Below are positions 27,942 to 39,000 of a DNA stretch of 64,000 nt, piece after piece. Every line of letters begins with the position of its first letter. The stretch's first letter is position 1. The translations under genes were made by a program, and so were the position numbers. The notes below the pieces were generated by a model, which had not been told where the DNA came from, ran no database searches, and was given only the letters and a program-made list of their open reading frames with translations. Location of the stretch: NCBI GenBank assembly GCA_009780675.1, contig WQZP01000001.1, forward strand, positions 6,327 through 70,326, in the 5' to 3' direction. The stretch comes from Spirochaetaceae bacterium (GTDB lineage: Bacteria; Spirochaetota; Spirochaetia; CADAEX01).

Positions 27942-29765
27942 ATGTGCGGAATAGTTGGATATTGCGGAAGTAAGCCTGCATCCGGGATCTTGCTCGAAGG
28001 GTTAAAAAGGCTGGAATACAGAGGATACGATTCAGCAGGTATATGTGTAGGGACTGATACTGGATTCAAAGTTATTAAAAAAACAGGAAAAATAAGAGAT
28101 TTAAAAGCAATAGTTTCTGAAAACTCTTTTGGCCGCAATGGTATAGGTCACACAAGATGGGCAACCCATGGCGGAGTTACAGATGAAAATGCCCACCCGC
28201 ACACAGATTGTACTGGAAAAATATCTTTGGTTCATAACGGTATTATTGAAAATTATAATCAGCTTAAAGATAAACTCGTTGCAAAAGGGCATATTTTTAA
28301 GTCAGAAACCGATACAGAAGTAATTGTCCATCTTATTGAAGATCTATATGCAGGGGATCTTACGCAAGCTGTAAGAGAAGCCATAAAACATCTTAAAGGG
28401 ACATATGGAATAGTTGTTATGCACTATGATAACCCCAATTTACTTGTGGGAGCAAGGAATGGATCCCCATTGATCCTTGGAGTTGGCGAGAACGAAATGT
28501 TTATTGCATCAGATGTAAATGCAATGATTTCATATACCAAACAGGTTGTGTATCTTGAAGATGGTGAAATTATTACTATCAAGCCAAATGAATATAAAAT
28601 ATCTGATTTTCATGAAAAAGATATATCTAAGCCTGTAAATGAAGTGGATTGGGAATTTGAATCCTTTGAAAAAGGGAAGTTCGGACACTTTATGATAAAA
28701 GAGATATTTGAGCAAAAAGAGTCTGTTGTTCGTGGAATGGCAGGCAGGCTTGATCTTAATCTTGCAACAGGACATTTGGGCGGGCTTAACATGACAAGCA
28801 GCGAGCTTCTTAATATCGAAAGGGTAATAATTGTTGCAGCAGGAACTTCTTTTCATGCTGGCCTTGTTGCTTCATATCTTTTGGAATCGCTCGCGAGAAT
28901 TCCTGCATCTGCGGAGCTTGCATCAGAATTAAGATACAGGAATCCCATTATTCAGAAAAACGCTCTTTACTTTGTTGTGTCGCAATCAGGAGAAACAGCA
29001 GATACGCTCTATGCAATGCGGGAATTAAAAAGAAAAGGGGCAAAAGTTCTTGGAATATGTAATGTTGTAGGTTCTACGATCGCGCGAGAGACAGATGGCG
29101 GAGTTTATATTCACTCAGGGCCTGAAATCGCTGTTGCATCAACAAAAGCATTTACATCGCAGCTTGTTGCCATGTATATATTTACTTTGCTTATGGCAAG
29201 AATGAGAGATATGTCTTTTGAAGCTGGGTGCGAGTTTGTAAAGCAAATGACTTCTCTTCCGGATGTTATTGAGAAAGCATTATCCAAAGCTGATGAGATA
29301 AAGGATCTTGCAAAAAAATATAGTTTTGCCAGAAGTTTTCTTTTTCTTGGCAGAGGTATAAATTATCCTGTTGCAATGGAAGGCGCTCTAAAGCTTAAAG
29401 AAATATCATATATCCATGCAGAGGGATTTAGCGCTGCGGAAATAAAGCATGGCCCTATTGCTCTGATTAATGAAGAGACGCCATCGCTTTTTCTTGTTCC
29501 GAATGACAGGTTAAGGGAAAAAATAATTTCAAGTTTGAAAGAAGTAAAAGCGAGAAAAGGGAAAGTTATAGCTATTGCAGCAGAAGGGGATACAGAAGTT
29601 GCCCAAATAGCTGATGATGTAATTACTGTTCCTCATGTTTCTGAGCATATATACCCTTTTGTAATGACTGTACCTCTTCAGCTTTTTGCTTATTATATGG
29701 CGTGTGAACTGGGCAGGGATGTTGATCAACCCAGAAATCTTGCAAAGAGTGTTACTGTTGAATAA
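27942..29765 (+). CDS. glmS: Glutamine--fructose-6-phosphate aminotransferase
   Basis: MCGIVGY N-terminal nucleophile, a class-II glutaminase domain and two SIS domains. The C-terminus ...NLAKSVTVE is typical of GlmS. Confidence 0.95.
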   Translation: MCGIVGYCGSKPASGILLEGLKRLEYRGYDSAGICVGTDTGFKVIKKTGKIRDLKAIVSENSFGRNGIGHTRWATHGGVTDENAHPHTDCTGKISLVHNGIIENYNQLKDKLVAKGHIFKSETDTEVIVHLIEDLYAGDLTQAVREAIKHLKGTYGIVVMHYDNPNLLVGARNGSPLILGVGENEMFIASDVNAMISYTKQVVYLEDGEIITIKPNEYKISDFHEKDISKPVNEVDWEFESFEKGKFGHFMIKEIFEQKESVVRGMAGRLDLNLATGHLGGLNMTSSELLNIERVIIVAAGTSFHAGLVASYLLESLARIPASAELASELRYRNPIIQKNALYFVVSQSGETADTLYAMRELKRKGAKVLGICNVVGSTIARETDGGVYIHSGPEIAVASTKAFTSQLVAMYIFTLLMARMRDMSFEAGCEFVKQMTSLPDVIEKALSKADEIKDLAKKYSFARSFLFLGRGINYPVAMEGALKLKEISYIHAEGFSAAEIKHGPIALINEETPSLFLVPNDRLREKIISSLKEVKARKGKVIAIAAEGDTEVAQIADDVITVPHVSEHIYPFVMTVPLQLFAYYMACELGRDVDQPRNLAKSVTVE

Positions 29766-29812
29766 AAAAATTATCAGGCTTGTTTGCCTTGCCAGCCAAA
29801 TGAGGTGATTCG

Positions 29813-30283
29813 TTGCTGCAAAAATTAAAAATTTGGTCAGTTATTTTATTTTTTTTAGTATTAAGTATAAATTCTCTTGAAGCGCGAGGCAGGGCATTTC
29901 TTGGCTCCGGACCTTTTTTATCCGAAGCTATGCCAGGTATAGGGGCTAACTCTATACAGGGATTTCGTGGTGTTTATATGCTTCCTGCAGAAAGTCCAGA
30001 GTCAGCTCAAACTTCTATAACTGTTTATTTTGCCCAGACAGCTATTTCTGTTTTTGACACATGGAGAACAGTGGCTTCATCCCCATTTACAATATATGCG
30101 ACAGAATCAGAAACAGTTTATGTTTATGTTCATGCCCGAAATTGGTCGTTTTTTATAGATTTTCAAAAAGTAGAAAATATAAATCTCTATTTTGCGGAAG
30201 ATGTTATAAGGCAGATGATTTTTTTTGCAGGAGATGGCAGTAATTTTATTAATTCTTCATTTCCCGCATTCGTGGAATTTTAA
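29813..30283 (+). CDS. Hypothetical secreted protein
   Basis: N-terminal signal peptide. No recognisable motifs. Confidence 0.35.
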   Translation: MLQKLKIWSVILFFLVLSINSLEARGRAFLGSGPFLSEAMPGIGANSIQGFRGVYMLPAESPESAQTSITVYFAQTAISVFDTWRTVASSPFTIYATESETVYVYVHARNWSFFIDFQKVENINLYFAEDVIRQMIFFAGDGSNFINSSFPAFVEF

Positions 30284-30291
30284 AAAAAATT

Positions 30292-30729
30292 ATGATTTGT
30301 TCAGTTATAAAAAAAGATTATCCTAATTTATCAAAAATCTGGGAAAAAGCAGCAAAAGATACCTCTGATTTTCTAAAAGTAGAAAATGTTGAATTTTATA
30401 GAAAATATAAGATGCCTTACTATTTTGATCAAATATCTTTTTTTGCCTATATAGACCAAAAAGGGAAAATGAAAGGGTTTTTAGGGGTATCAAAAGAAAA
30501 AATAGAAATGCTCTTTGTAGATGATAAATCCAGAAGAAAAGGCATTGGGAAAAAGCTCATGGATTTTGCTATTAATAATTTAAAAATCTGTAAAGTTGAT
30601 GTAAATGAGCAAAATAAGAATGCAGTCTTATTTTTTAATTCCTTGGGATTTAAAGTAATTGGGAGCTCAGAAACTGATAAAGAAGGAAAAATCTACCCTG
30701 TATTGTGTTTAGAAAAATCAGTGTCATAA
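30292..30729 (+). CDS. GNAT-family N-acetyltransferase
   Basis: Acetyl-CoA binding motif VDDKSRRKGIGKKLMDFA (Q/RxxGxG/A). Confidence 0.7.
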   Translation: MICSVIKKDYPNLSKIWEKAAKDTSDFLKVENVEFYRKYKMPYYFDQISFFAYIDQKGKMKGFLGVSKEKIEMLFVDDKSRRKGIGKKLMDFAINNLKICKVDVNEQNKNAVLFFNSLGFKVIGSSETDKEGKIYPVLCLEKSVS

Positions 30730-30842
30730 TTGCCCCTGGCTGGAGTTAATTATCTTTATTAATCAACTGAGCGAGAGTCGCGACACCGCGCTGGTTTAGC
30801 CATAATTCTTTATTAATAAAAATTTATCCCGATAATTAAATT

Positions 30843-31970
30843 ATGAGAAAAGCTATTTCCATAATTTTATTTTTTACTTTGATATGCAATCTCTATTCGC
30901 AAAACAACCCCACCCTGAGCGCTCTTGTTATAGTGCCTGAAGATGTTGTGATTGATGAAGGGTATGGCGGATACCATTTATGGGTAAAAGCCAAAGAAGG
31001 TCTTGGCTCTGTAATGATAACAGAATCTACAAGAGATGCTACAATGACTCATCCTGTTTATAGCCTTAGGGCATTAACCTGGAATCCAATAAATGGAAAT
31101 GAAAGAAGAATTCTTGACGGAGAAGTAATAAGTCGCGATAGAAACCTCTTTTTCCTTATAGATTCAACACCAGAACCGCATGAAAAATTAGGTATGGCTT
31201 TTCATATATTTATACCATATGTAACTGAATTTGGATATCCATGGAGCAGGAACGGTGAGGTTTCTGTAGCTCCAGGAACATTTCTTAATCTAAGAACTTT
31301 TGAAAAACAATTTGGAGATTACACAGGCGCTTTTATGGATAATCCATTTATTCTGGACGTTATCCAGCTTCCTGTTTCTATGGTGCGGCCTGTGCTTCCA
31401 GATATATATATGCAAGATGCAATTGATGATTTTACAGAAATTGCAGAGAGAACACAGGGCGAAATTGTGTTTTCTACTCAGGAAACACTTTTGGATGATA
31501 TAGAAGAAACTATTGGAAAGTTTTCCGGACCTTCGATTGATTTGGTTTTCGCAATAGATACAACTGAAAGTATGCTGCCTCATTTTGGACCCCTAAGAAG
31601 AGGATTTGGGCGACTTTTAGAGGATAGTATAAAAAATTATGAGCAATATAGAATAGGGCTTGTGTTTTTTAAAGATTATCATGATGAATACCTTACAAGA
31701 GCGCACCAATTTACAACTGATATTTCGATAATAAGAAGGCATGTGGAAGCTAAAAGACCAAGGGGCGGCGGCGACAGGCCGGAAGCTGTATTTGAAGCTT
31801 TGTATGAAGCGCTTACAGCATTTCCATGGGCAGCAGATGACAAAGTAATAATTCTTATAGGCGATGCGCCTGGACACCCCAGACCACGAGGCAGAATTAC
31901 CAGAGAAATGGTATATGCAGAAGCTGCTAACAGGGGAGTGACGATCCATACAATATTATTGCCGCCATGA
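30843..31970 (+). CDS. Secreted von Willebrand factor A (VWA) domain protein
   Basis: Signal peptide. VFAIDTTESM (MIDAS-like DxTxS), later DRPEAVFEAL and IILIGDAPGHP follow the VWA fold pattern. Confidence 0.55.
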   Translation: MRKAISIILFFTLICNLYSQNNPTLSALVIVPEDVVIDEGYGGYHLWVKAKEGLGSVMITESTRDATMTHPVYSLRALTWNPINGNERRILDGEVISRDRNLFFLIDSTPEPHEKLGMAFHIFIPYVTEFGYPWSRNGEVSVAPGTFLNLRTFEKQFGDYTGAFMDNPFILDVIQLPVSMVRPVLPDIYMQDAIDDFTEIAERTQGEIVFSTQETLLDDIEETIGKFSGPSIDLVFAIDTTESMLPHFGPLRRGFGRLLEDSIKNYEQYRIGLVFFKDYHDEYLTRAHQFTTDISIIRRHVEAKRPRGGGDRPEAVFEALYEALTAFPWAADDKVIILIGDAPGHPRPRGRITREMVYAEAANRGVTIHTILLPP

Positions 31971-32073
31971 TGAGTCGAGGCAGCAAAAGCTGGTATCCAT
32001 ACTGTATTGATCTGAATCCCAGCTTTTCAACGGAATGATGTTTCCAATGGGATGATGGGCTGTGTGGGGTTGG

Positions 32074-32511
32074 TTATCTTCCTGCTCTTCTTCCGTACTG
32101 TCTTTGATCTATTGTTTCAAGGATTCTTATTGAGAGTACTCTTGGCCATTCGTTAAAATGGATGCTTTCGGGTGTTTCATATTGGGCAAGTATTGATTCA
32201 AACCTTCTTCTGGCTTCATCATAGTGCCTTCTTTTAAAATGTATAAAAGCAATCTCATATTCAGCTTCTATAATTTTTCCCCGCATATCCGGAAATCTGT
32301 TGATAAATTCTTCATAATAAAAAAGAGCTGCTCTGTGGTTTCCCCAATCAACCATTGCAGTTTGAGCAAGTCTAAAAAACTCTTCGGGGAGTAGGTCATC
32401 TGGTATTTCTCTGGGTACGCTCCTGCAGCCAGCTATTATAAAAATAATGATTAGTAAAAGCGCTATATATAATTGATCTTTTTTGAATTTCATTTTTGCC
32501 CTATTTTTCAC
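32074..32511 (-). CDS. Putative lipoprotein with a TPR-like helical region
   Basis: Signal peptide and AGC lipobox, then helical repeats. Confidence 0.35.
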   Translation of the reverse strand: MKNRAKMKFKKDQLYIALLLIIIFIIAGCRSVPREIPDDLLPEEFFRLAQTAMVDWGNHRAALFYYEEFINRFPDMRGKIIEAEYEIAFIHFKRRHYDEARRRFESILAQYETPESIHFNEWPRVLSIRILETIDQRQYGRRAGR

Positions 32512-32514
32512 TTT

Positions 32515-32835
32515 TTATTGGTATAACTCGTCTTTTATTGGGAGGGTGTTTTTAAGCTCTTTGATATATTCTTTAGGTTCTCCCATAGGTATATAAGCGT
32601 CACAATGAGGAAGGCTCCGTCTGGCTACTGTAAAGTATTTATAAAATTTTTCTCCGCCAAGTTTTTTTACCCATTTTCCAGCAGAACATCTTACCCTAAG
32701 GTAATATTGAACCCCATTTCCTTCGGGCGTCTTGACAATTTTGCAATTACAACAGTTTGCGCAATATATCTTGTCCGATGAGTATACTTCGTCTTGAGAG
32801 AAACTTTCACTATCCTCAATTTCGACATATTCCAT
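32515..32835 (-). CDS. Small Cys-rich (zinc-ribbon-like) hypothetical protein
   Basis: CANCCNC...C...C spacing. Confidence 0.3.
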   Translation of the reverse strand: MEYVEIEDSESFSQDEVYSSDKIYCANCCNCKIVKTPEGNGVQYYLRVRCSAGKWVKKLGGEKFYKYFTVARRSLPHCDAYIPMGEPKEYIKELKNTLPIKDELYQ

Positions 32836-32933
32836 CAGCTTCTCCTTTATTCACGTTAAAATAATAGCATAATCATCTTTTTGGCGTCAATAGTATTAGG
32901 TTAGGATTGAACCAGCTATTTTATACATAATAC

Positions 32934-34277
32934 TTAAAATATTTCTTCGTGCTCATCCATAATATGGATATAAACGATTTTGCTTTTTACAAAATCAAAT
33001 GCATCAATTTTTGCTATGGCTTTACGCATATTTTCTTCTTTTACTTTATGGGTGATGATTATAACAGGCACATAAGCTCCTGTTATTTGCTCCCCTGCTG
33101 TTTCTTCTACCAACTCTTTTTGAAGAACGCTCGATATGCTTATATCATTTTCTGCAAAAACCGATGCGATTTTTGAAAGAACACCAGCGCAGTCTTTTGC
33201 ATTGATCCTTAGATAGTATCTTCCTTTTCCTTCTCCATCAGGAAGCAGTGGAGCTGGTTTTGTTTTATCGGGCCATATTGGGAGAGTTGAGAAAGTTTTT
33301 TCTGCTGTTCCCAGGAATACACTTATAATATCTGATACAACCGCAGAAGCTGTAGGAGAACCGCCTGCTCCCCGTCCATAATACATTGAGTGGCCAAGAG
33401 CATGGCTATACAAGCTTATTGCATTAAAAGAGCCTGTTACCCACGCAAGAGGGTGTTCTTTTCGTATAAATGATGGCGCAACTCTAATTGCAAGCTTTCC
33501 ATCAACAAGTCTTGCCATTGCAATAAGCTTTATTATATAACCCAATTCTTTTCCTGAGTTGATGTCAAGCAGGTCAAGTTTATCAATACCTGAAACAGGT
33601 ATTGAGTCAACATCTATCTGCATTCCAAAAGTTATTGAACTTAATATCGCGAGTTTGTGGGCAGAATCCATTCCCGACACATCAAGTGTAGGATCAGCTT
33701 CGGCAAGCCCTTTTTCCTGAGCTTCTTTAAGAGCTTTTTTATATGAAACCCCATTTAAAGTCATTTCTGTAAGGATATAATTACACGTGCCATTTACTAT
33801 TCCATAGAGAGCATCTTGTTTATTTGCTATAAGTCCATCATAAATAGCTCTTATTATTGGAATCCCGCCACCGCAAGAGGCTTCAAAAGATATAGATACC
33901 TTGTTTTTTCTGGCAGCAGCAAATAACTCTACTCCATGCATTGCCAATAGCGCTTTATTTGCTGTAACAAGATGTTTTTTTGCATTTAATATTTTTAGGG
34001 CTGCATTTTTTGCAAATGTTGTTCCACCTACCAACTCAACAACAACTGCAACTTCCGGATCCTCAAGAACTTCGTCCAGATTGCTCTTAAAAAGAGAACT
34101 GTCAAGATTGAGTTCTTTTGCGCGCGCAAAGTTAGTATCGATAATATATTTCAGGAAAAAAGTGAGATTTGTCCTTTTTTTTAAGAAGTCGATATCTTGT
34201 GTAAGAAGCTTTGCAGTGGCGCCACCTACAACGCCGCATCCAAGAATAGCTATAGCTTGTTTTTTTACTCTGTCCAT
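32934..34277 (-). CDS. hom: Homoserine dehydrogenase with a C-terminal ACT domain
   Basis: N-terminal Rossmann IAILGCGVVGG, the catalytic region, and an ACT-like C-terminus. Confidence 0.85.
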   Translation of the reverse strand: MDRVKKQAIAILGCGVVGGATAKLLTQDIDFLKKRTNLTFFLKYIIDTNFARAKELNLDSSLFKSNLDEVLEDPEVAVVVELVGGTTFAKNAALKILNAKKHLVTANKALLAMHGVELFAAARKNKVSISFEASCGGGIPIIRAIYDGLIANKQDALYGIVNGTCNYILTEMTLNGVSYKKALKEAQEKGLAEADPTLDVSGMDSAHKLAILSSITFGMQIDVDSIPVSGIDKLDLLDINSGKELGYIIKLIAMARLVDGKLAIRVAPSFIRKEHPLAWVTGSFNAISLYSHALGHSMYYGRGAGGSPTASAVVSDIISVFLGTAEKTFSTLPIWPDKTKPAPLLPDGEGKGRYYLRINAKDCAGVLSKIASVFAENDISISSVLQKELVEETAGEQITGAYVPVIIITHKVKEENMRKAIAKIDAFDFVKSKIVYIHIMDEHEEIF

Positions 34278-34453
34278 AATACTACCCTCTTTTATTATGC
34301 TTATAGAATTAAATAAACTGAAATCCTAATTACTTTTTTATGCGATTAATATAATTATAAAACGTTATTCCGTCAGCGGGCTTTATACCTTCTGCTCATC
34401 CTATTATATTTAAGAGTTGGCATGAATGTCAAGCTACGCGCAGGGCTTATCTT

Positions 34454-35077
34454 TTACCTTTGCAATGTTAAGGTGTAGAAAAATGTGATATCTGCAGCTC
34501 TGGCCCCGTCAACGGTTGTAAATGGAAGAACAAGTTCTGTTGGAACATCTCTCCCTCTGAAAGGTCCCATAAATACAAGATACCCTGTTTGCGTTCCATA
34601 CCCTCTGATAGTTGTTATATGTGGAAGCATGAACTCTTGTGCAACTTGATTTTCTCTTAATATGTACCTTCTTTCAGCATGTTCTTCGATTTTCGCTTCC
34701 ATATCAGATCTGCTCATAGGGGCAAATCTTCTATCACCAAAATGGAGCTCAACACGCCTGTTATCGAGTCTTATGGGCGCGCTTTCTGTATTTGTAATTG
34801 TAAGCTCAAGAACTATCATTTTCACAGGGGTAACAGCGAAATCTGGTGGGATAAATGGATTTGCCCTAAAACCATGTCGTTTTGTAATATCGATCAAATT
34901 CAAGTGAAGACACTCTACAAGGATTCCATTTTGTTCTGCCTCCTGTTTTGCAGGCTCTGTTGATGTAAGATGTGGTCTTGTGGTGTCGCATGATGAAATT
35001 AGTAATAATAGGATAAAAATCAGTGAAAAAGCAGTATATAGCCTGAAAGCAGATTTGGTTGTAAAAAAATGTTTCAT
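34454..35077 (-). CDS. Putative lipoprotein (hypothetical)
   Basis: Signal peptide and SSC lipobox. Confidence 0.35.
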   Translation of the reverse strand: MKHFFTTKSAFRLYTAFSLIFILLLLISSCDTTRPHLTSTEPAKQEAEQNGILVECLHLNLIDITKRHGFRANPFIPPDFAVTPVKMIVLELTITNTESAPIRLDNRRVELHFGDRRFAPMSRSDMEAKIEEHAERRYILRENQVAQEFMLPHITTIRGYGTQTGYLVFMGPFRGRDVPTELVLPFTTVDGARAADITFFYTLTLQR

Positions 35078-35191
35078 TGGAACCCTCTTTTATTATTTTC
35101 TATAACAGTATCTTTAATATTTTTTTTTGTCAAATTATGAATCAAGTCAAATAATTAGCTTGTTAATATTTTTATAAAAACGGAGGTAAAA

Positions 35192-35587
35192 ATGAATAAT
35201 CTTAATTCAATACTTGTAGAAGGGAATCTTACAAAAGATCCTGTTTTTACAGAAAACACTAAAGGGACATCTATCTGTTCATTCTCTATTGCAACAAACA
35301 GGTATTATAAACAAGAAGATGAATATCAGAGCGAAGTTTCATATCTGGATGTTGAAACCTGGGCAAAACTGGCAGAAGCGTGCAGAGATCATCTTACAAA
35401 GGGCAGGGGCGTGCGTGTTGTAGGCAGAGTCAAGCAGGATAGATGGATGGATCAAGGAGGTAAAAACAAATCAAAAGTAAAAATAGTTGCTGAACATGTG
35501 GAATTTAAGCCTTTTAAAAAAAATGATGAAGCAAAAGAGGGGGCAGATGAAGCAAAAAATGAGTTAATAGAAGTAGAAGAAATGTAA
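35192..35587 (+). CDS. ssb: Single-stranded DNA-binding protein
   Basis: OB-fold signature LVEGNLTKDP...NRY, and an acidic C-terminus. Confidence 0.85.
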   Translation: MNNLNSILVEGNLTKDPVFTENTKGTSICSFSIATNRYYKQEDEYQSEVSYLDVETWAKLAEACRDHLTKGRGVRVVGRVKQDRWMDQGGKNKSKVKIVAEHVEFKPFKKNDEAKEGADEAKNELIEVEEM

Positions 35588-35593
35588 AACCTT

Positions 35594-35611
35594 CCCCGCC
35601 GCAAGGCGGGG
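35594..35611 (+). terminator. GC-rich hairpin after ssb (CCCCGCC-GCAA-GGCGGGG)
   Basis: 7-bp GC stem with a GNRA-like loop. No clear U-tract. Confidence 0.35.
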
Positions 35612-35735
35612 GTGAGGTGAAAAGGCAACAAATATAGTAGTCAAAAATATCGTTATTTCAGCTATTCAGCTATCTGATTATTGCTGGGAGGTATACCAAA
35701 TTTTAAGCTAGATTATTTATAAGGCAATGCGTATA

Positions 35736-35764
35736 CTTGACTAACTGTTATTTCAAAAGTATGA
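35736..35764 (+). promoter_or_regulatory. Sigma70-like promoter for tRNA-Leu (TTGACT-17nt-TATGAT)
   Basis: Consensus-like -35 and -10 hexamers with 17-nt spacing, ending 18 nt before the tRNA 5' end. Confidence 0.4.
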
Positions 35765-35781
35765 TATTTACTATATAAGTT

Positions 35782-35868
35782 GCCGAAGTGGTGGAATTGG
35801 TAGACACAGAGGACTTAAAATCCTCCGACCCCTCAAAGGTTGTTCCGGTTCAAGTCCGGTCTTCGGCA
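35782..35868 (+). tRNA. tRNA-Leu (UAA)
   Basis: GCCGAAGTGGTGGAATTGGTAGACACAGAGGACTTAAAATCCTC... has anticodon loop CUUAAAA, a long variable arm, and acceptor GCCGAAG/CTTCGGC. Confidence 0.9.
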
Positions 35869-36068
35869 ATATTTTGCTTTTTCACATAAAAATATAAGGT
35901 AAGTTTTGCCTGATCCTATTTGTTGAATTGCGAATTTTGTTTATATAAAATCGCTCCCGAAAAATAAATATATAGGAGGGAGTCCTGCCTGAAAAATCTT
36001 ATAAAATAAACGAAATTGCTGCGCGGACTCGTTTTTTAAACACTATATTTATTGTTGTTGCCTTATTT

Positions 36069-39000
36069 TTGTTCTTATTGGTGGCTCTTTTTTTTATTAG
36101 TGAAATCAATAGGCGTGATTCTGAAAACAGGGCGCTTTTATATTCTATCAGGGCAGCAGACAAATTCCATTCTCATCTAATCTACGACCTCGCTCTTGTA
36201 CAAAAAATAGCCCATTCAAATACCGTGCTCAATTGGTTTACTGACGAGAGAGACAATGAGAAAAAACTTGCTGCTTACCATGATATAATGGGCTATTTTA
36301 ATGTATTTGAAGATGGTTATTTATACTTTGTAATCAATGAAACTTTAAATAAATACTATATAAGTAACGAATTGATTTTTTCTGACTTTCTCCCCTTTGC
36401 CAGGCTCAACCCGGTAAGTAGAGACGATTTTTGGTATTTTGAATCTATTGAAAATGAAAGTGATTACTTATTGGAAATCGGCGTTGATAAAAACACGAAT
36501 ATATGGAAATTATGGATCAATCACAAGATCAAAAAAGATGGAGAAATATTGGGTGTATTGCGTTCAGTATTGCCCATTCAAAGTTTGTTCGATGATATGT
36601 TTTTCCATCATGTCAATAAAGATAACTGGGGGTATATTATTGACAAACATGGCGCTGTTATTAAAGGAAGTATCTATTCTGAAAATTTCAACAGAGAAGA
36701 AAGACGCTATATTCATGATGTACTCAATTATCCTGCTCTTGTTTCTGTGATTGAAAGATATCTCAAAAATATAGACAGTTATTTTATTGATAATGATGCG
36801 CAGGCTAGAGTTGTCAAGTTGACGCGATGGGGGAATAGATATGCAGCGCTCTCTCCGGTAACTGGTTCAACATGGTCGATCGTTATCTTCTACAACAGTA
36901 AAAGTCAGACAGGGATTTCCGATATAGCCAAGCTTATTCCATTTTTGCTCCTGATGCTGTTTGTATTGATTCTGTACACTTCTGCCAGAAGTATGATAAT
37001 AAAGAAGCATATTTTCTTGCCATTGAATACTATGCGGGAGAGTATATCTGAATCCAAAACAGGCAATACAGCTATCTATGGCGTGGATCGCGATGATGAA
37101 ATCGGTATGTTGGCGCGGAGTATTAAGGAAATGCAGGATTCCATAATAGCACAGTCCGATGATATCCGCAAAGCATATGATTTTACAAGACTGGTTCTGG
37201 ATGAAATGCCGCTTTGTTTCCAATTGTGGGACAAAAATTTAAAAATATTGGATTGTAACACCGAAGCTGTAAAGACCTTCTTTTTGAATAGTAAGCAGGA
37301 ATTTATCGAGAAATTTTGGAATTTTAACCCTACTTATCAACAGGATGGAACACTTTCATCTGAAAGAGTTACCACATATATGAAAAAAGCATTCGAGAAA
37401 GGCAAGTGTAATTTTAAATGGATCCACAGATTACCGGACAATACTCTGTTGCAGATGGATGTTCATCTGGTTCGCCTTAGTATGGAAGATGATTATGTTG
37501 TTGTTAGTTATGCAAAAAATCTGCAGGAATATTATCGAATAATAAAAGAGATACAACGGCAGGATAGCTTATTAAAAACAGTGAACAGCGCTTCTACCAT
37601 ACTGCTTCAATCAGAGCCCGAAGAATTTGAAAGTAATTTACATAATTGTATGGGAATGATAGCTCACGTTGTACACGCAGACCGCATATCCATCTGGAAA
37701 AGTCAAATAGTTGATGAAGATCTGTGTTGCAAAAAATTATATGAATGGTCTGGAACCACTGATTTGGTGCAAGGCAGTGATTTAATCCCTTACAAAAATG
37801 TTCCGGGTTGGCAGGAAACATTGTCAAATGGGCTTTGCATAAAAAACATAGTGCGTGATATGCCGCCTAAGGAACAGGCCTATCTTCTTCCGCAAGGTAT
37901 ATTGTCCATTTTAGTGGAGCCGGTGTTTGTGCGGGATAAGTTTTGGGGTTTTGTTGCTTTTGATAACTGCCATGCTGAGCGGATATTTACCGAAAGTGAA
38001 GAATCTATCCTGCGCTCCGCAAGTCTTTTAATTACCAATGCACTGTTGCGCAGTGAAATGACTTTGGACATCCGCGCCAGTTCTATACAACTGGAATCAG
38101 CTCTTAAAAAAGCGCAGGAAGCAAACAACGTTAAAAATAATTTTTTAGCTAATATAAGCCATGAAATGCGTACCCCGCTTAATGCTGTAATTGGTTTGGC
38201 AAGGATAATTCTTACTGACAATTTGCAAAAAGATGAGTTTCAGCCAATTATTGAAAAGATATATAAATCAGCAGTAGATCTTCTTGCTTTGATCAACGAC
38301 ATTCTGGATATTTCAAAAATCGAAGTAGGCAGGCTTACGCTTATTTTGGCTGAGTACGACCTCATCAGTCTGATAAATGATTCTATTATCCAAAGCAGTA
38401 TACACCTTGAGGGAAAGCCTATCAAGTTTGCTCTGGATGTAAGAGAGGACCTTCACGTTGCCCTTTGTGGAGATGCAACCCGTATTAAGCAGATCTTAAA
38501 TAATCTTTTGTCTAATGCTTTCAAATACACCAGGAAAGGGGTAGTAAAGCTGAGCATAAGCGATGAACGTGATGGTGATAATTCCTGGCTTACAATTTGT
38601 GTTCGGGATACTGGTGTTGGTATTCGGGAGGAAGATATTGGCTCTTTGTTTAAAGAATATTCTCAGATTGAGCTGGAATCTAATCGTAAAATAGAAGGGA
38701 CAGGTCTAGGGCTTTCGATCACGAAAAAAATAGTGGAGATGATGGGCGGTACTATTTCCGTGGAAAGCGAATATGGAAAAGGTAGTGTCTTTACTGTAAG
38801 GCTTATGCAGAAGCTGGTAAGTGATAGCACATTAGGTCCGCAGGCAAAGGAAAAGCTGGAAAATTTTTGTTATGAAACCAATAAATATGATTTGGATTTT
38901 AAGACAGAATACATTAAGCTGCCCTACGCCAGAGTGTTGGTGGTAGATGATGTGATGACCAATCTTGACGTAGCCAAGGGTATGATGAGTCCCTATGGTA

